Under the pieces are notes generated by a model. The model was not told the origin of the DNA. It saw only the letters and a program-made list of their open reading frames with translations, and made no database searches. Shown in pieces: positions 5,566-7,746 of a stretch of 7,746 nucleotides of DNA. How positions within the stretch are numbered: the stretch's first letter is position 1; each line of letters starts with the position of its first letter. The stretch covers positions 1 to 7,746 of the forward strand of contig JBAZYK010000019.1 of NCBI GenBank assembly GCA_041659405.1. The letters run 5' to 3'. The stretch comes from Candidatus Altimarinota bacterium. GTDB taxonomy: Bacteria > Patescibacteriota > Gracilibacteria > UBA1369. The position numbers were made by a program, and so were the translations under genes.

Positions 5566-6543
5566 ATGTCTAAACTTCACAAATCCAGCTTGCTCGGGTT
5601 TTTTCTTATTGATAAGCCTAAAAAGGTGACTTCTTTTTACGTTGTGAAGGTTTTGCGCAAGATTTTGAATATGAAAAAAATGGGCTTTGCGGGAACTTTG
5701 GATCCGCTCGCTTCGGGGCTTATGTTGGTTGCGGTAGGGGAGGCAACCAAGCTTTTGGCGGGCATGGAAGGTTTGGATAAGGTTTATGACGTGGAGATTT
5801 TTTTTGGGGCTCATTCCGAAACTTATGATGCGGAAGGGCCAATTCATGCAACTGAACTTGGGGGACGAATTGCGGAAGGTTTAAAGTTAAAAGAAAGTGC
5901 ATATCCGGATCCGCCAACCAGATCGCAAATTGAAAAAATTATTGAGGATCATTTTTTGGGTGAGAGACTGCAACAACCGCCAATTTATTCGGCTATCCAA
6001 ATTGAGGGTAAGCGGGCTTACGATTTGGCTCGAAAAGGAAAAAAGGTTGAACTTAAAAAGCGCAAAGTCCATTTTTTTGATATTCAGGTTAAGCACTTCA
6101 GCTGGCCAATTTTAAAGTGTCAGGTTCATTGCAGCAGTGGAACTTATATTCGCAGTTTTGCGCATGACTTGGGGCAAATTTTGGGTTGTGGCGGCTATGT
6201 GCATGATCTTAGGCGGACGCGGATTGGTACGCATTTGATTAAAAATGCTGTGTCGTTGGAAGGAGAAGGGCGGGCCGAGCTTAAGGATGCACTCACGCCT
6301 TTTAATTTTCAGCACCATCTTTTAAAACCGGAAGAGTTTTTTTCTGATTGGCAGCAGTATAATTTAACGCCTAAAGATTATGAATTTTTGGCTGTTGGTG
6401 GATTTGTGGAAAATTGTCCCGGCTTTATCCGTGGGCCAATCTTAGCCATTTATGAAAACAAATGCGTTGGAGTTTTGGAACTTTCGCATGACGGTCAATT
6501 GAAATTTGCCAAGAAATTTAATATAGTGGCGGGGAGCGATTGA
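5566..6543 (+). CDS. truB: tRNA pseudouridine(55) synthase TruB
   Basis: The 325-aa ORF has GFFLIDKP...TS, GFAGTLDPLASGLMLV (catalytic Asp), GEATKL, DKVY, QQPPIYSAIQIEGKRAYDLARKG, CSSGTYIRSFAHDLG and DLRRTRIG, plus a C-terminal PUA-like extension. It carries roughly a dozen extra residues (GGRIAEGLKLKESAYPDPP) relative to my recollection of E. coli TruB. Confidence 0.93.
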   Translation: MSKLHKSSLLGFFLIDKPKKVTSFYVVKVLRKILNMKKMGFAGTLDPLASGLMLVAVGEATKLLAGMEGLDKVYDVEIFFGAHSETYDAEGPIHATELGGRIAEGLKLKESAYPDPPTRSQIEKIIEDHFLGERLQQPPIYSAIQIEGKRAYDLARKGKKVELKKRKVHFFDIQVKHFSWPILKCQVHCSSGTYIRSFAHDLGQILGCGGYVHDLRRTRIGTHLIKNAVSLEGEGRAELKDALTPFNFQHHLLKPEEFFSDWQQYNLTPKDYEFLAVGGFVENCPGFIRGPILAIYENKCVGVLELSHDGQLKFAKKFNIVAGSD

Positions 6544-6564
6544 GCCTCCGCAAAAAAAATCTTC

Positions 6565-7659
6565 ATGCAATACCTTCTTCCAGCCATTTTTGCCTTTCTT
6601 TCCACGCTTGCTTTGACATTTGCGGCGCTGAAGTTTTTCCCAAAAGTTGGTTTGATGGATCGGCCGCAGAAGTATGGTCTTAAAAGGGATCCGATTCCTT
6701 ATTATGGTGGCGTTGTGATTTTTTTGGTGTTCTTTGTTTCGGTTTTGCTTTTTATAAAATTGGATATTCATTTGTTGGGATATCTTATAGGGGCGATTTT
6801 GTTGGTCAGTGTCAGTTTTGCGGATGATCTTTTTGGGTTAAGTCCTTATTTCCGGTTAGCCATGCAGGTTGTTGCTGCGCTTTTATTGGTTTTTGCCGGT
6901 ATTGGAATTAACTCGATTTCCAATCCTTTTGGAGGGCCGCTGGTTTTAGATCACAATGTTTTTTCTTTTACGCTGGATGATATTCTGGTTAATGTTTCCG
7001 TTCTGGGGGCGATTTTTACAGTTATTTGGGTGGTTTCCGTAGTGAATACCATGAATTTCCTGGATGGATTAAATGGCTTGCCAAGCGGTGTTACAGCGAT
7101 TGCCGCTTTGACGCTTTTCTTTTTGAGTACTCGTCCGGATATCCATTATGATATTTCGGCGCAGGTTCCGGTTGCGACCATGAGTATTATTCTTTTTGCG
7201 GTTTGTTTTGCTTTCTGGTTTTTTGATTTTTATCCCGCCAAAATTTTAATGGGCGATACCGGAAGCGTGTTTTTAGGCTTTACTTTAGCCACTTTGGCAA
7301 TTTTTTCAGGCGGAAAAGTTGCAACGGCATTTTTGGTTTTGGGTTTCCCGATTTTGGATGCGGGTTGGGTGATTTTGCGAAGAATTGCCGAAGGGAAATC
7401 GCCATTTAAAGGTGATCTGAAACATTTACATCATCGGTTGTTGGAGGCCGGCTTTGGTCATAGAAAGGCGCTGTTTTTGATTTATGCTTTATCAGCTTTA
7501 TTTGGCGGTACAGCTGTTTTCCTTGAAGGCAAAGCCAAGGTTTATGCCTTGTTGGTGCTCTTTTTATTTATGCTTGTGGTGGCTGGATGGGTGGTGTACT
7601 CAACAAAGAATAAATCCACCACCCCTTTCCAAGATTTCAAGGAACAAAAGCCGAAATAA
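6565..7659 (+). CDS. Polyprenyl-phosphate N-acetylhexosamine-1-phosphate transferase (MraY superfamily, WecA/TagO-like)
   Basis: The 364-aa polytopic ORF has GLMDRPQKYGLKRDPIPYYGG, FADDLFGLSPYFRL, NTMNFLDGLNGL, FYPAKILMGDTGSVFLGF and ILDAGWVILRRIAEGKSPFKGDLKHLHHRLLEAGF. The D.P..RK.H..P.P..GG entry motif and the D..HLHHRLL..G motif are WecA/TagO-type. Genuine MraY has a PIHHH(F/Y)E motif. Confidence 0.8.
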   Translation: MQYLLPAIFAFLSTLALTFAALKFFPKVGLMDRPQKYGLKRDPIPYYGGVVIFLVFFVSVLLFIKLDIHLLGYLIGAILLVSVSFADDLFGLSPYFRLAMQVVAALLLVFAGIGINSISNPFGGPLVLDHNVFSFTLDDILVNVSVLGAIFTVIWVVSVVNTMNFLDGLNGLPSGVTAIAALTLFFLSTRPDIHYDISAQVPVATMSIILFAVCFAFWFFDFYPAKILMGDTGSVFLGFTLATLAIFSGGKVATAFLVLGFPILDAGWVILRRIAEGKSPFKGDLKHLHHRLLEAGFGHRKALFLIYALSALFGGTAVFLEGKAKVYALLVLFLFMLVVAGWVVYSTKNKSTTPFQDFKEQKPK

Positions 7660-7663
7660 TGGC

Positions 7664-7746
7664 TTAGGAGTCTGCAAAAATAACTTTTAAGTCAAGTGGT
7701 GGTTCAGCGGTCATTTCATAGAGCTTTTTGAGGCCTCCAAGCAGGA
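7664..7746 (-). CDS. Possible 3' end of a minus-strand gene running off the window (hypothetical)
   Basis: One minus-strand frame is open from the window edge to a TAA stop (complement of 7664-7666). It reads ...LLGGLKKLYEMTAEPPLDLKVIFADS*. The + strand has no start codon in any open frame here. Only 26 codons are visible and I recognise no family. Confidence 0.3.
   Translation of the reverse strand, partial: LLGGLKKLYEMTAEPPLDLKVIFADS

Noticed and set aside
5368-5847. 159-aa minus-strand ORF spanning the murE/truB junction
   Set aside because: It is antisense to two well-supported genes. Its composition (many H, R, K, F, N) looks like an antisense artefact, and it has no family resemblance.
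6442-6771. 109-aa minus-strand ORF across the truB/WecA-like junction, and the 7484..7690(+) alternative-frame ORF
   Set aside because: These are shadow ORFs overlapping confidently called genes, with no recognisable domains.
1-7746. Possible alternative genetic code (UGA recoding as in Gracilibacteria/SR1)
   Set aside because: The Wzy_C-like gene and truB both end at TGA at lengths matching their families, with the next gene starting immediately after. No conserved ORF needs read-through of TGA.
1-7746. CRISPR arrays, tRNA/tmRNA genes, and transposase, integrase or IS ends
   Set aside because: I saw no repeat-spacer periodicity, no GGTTCGAATCC-type T-arm or CCA-end tRNA signature on either strand, and no ORF with transposase or recombinase motifs.

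Overview
This window is mostly an ordinary, tightly packed housekeeping and cell-envelope stretch. It looks like a streamlined bacterial genome, possibly CPR/Patescibacteria-like; that placement is inference only. Seven co-directional + strand genes fill 995-7659 with gaps of 0-92 nt: an archaeal-type triosephosphate isomerase, a long-form HPF, a Wzy_C/O-antigen-ligase-like membrane protein, a stand-alone riboflavin kinase domain, a MurE-type Mur ligase with almost no N-terminal domain, TruB, and a WecA/TagO-like polyprenyl-phosphate HexNAc-1-P transferase. The only accessory-looking part is the left ~0.9 kb. It holds a minus-strand MNT/HEPN (MntA/HepT-type) toxin-antitoxin pair whose HEPN ORF stops before the catalytic Rx4-6H motif. 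Beside it lies ~360 nt with no confident gene, only short mutually exclusive ORFs and small hairpins. I see no CRISPR array, tRNA or rRNA, transposase or integrase, and no convincing new multi-gene system. The best place for something undescribed is 1-360 plus the decayed TA module, and that remains speculative. Standard code 11 fits, since TGA, TAA and TAG all act as stops at homolog-appropriate lengths. No gene start has a recognisable Shine-Dalgarno sequence.
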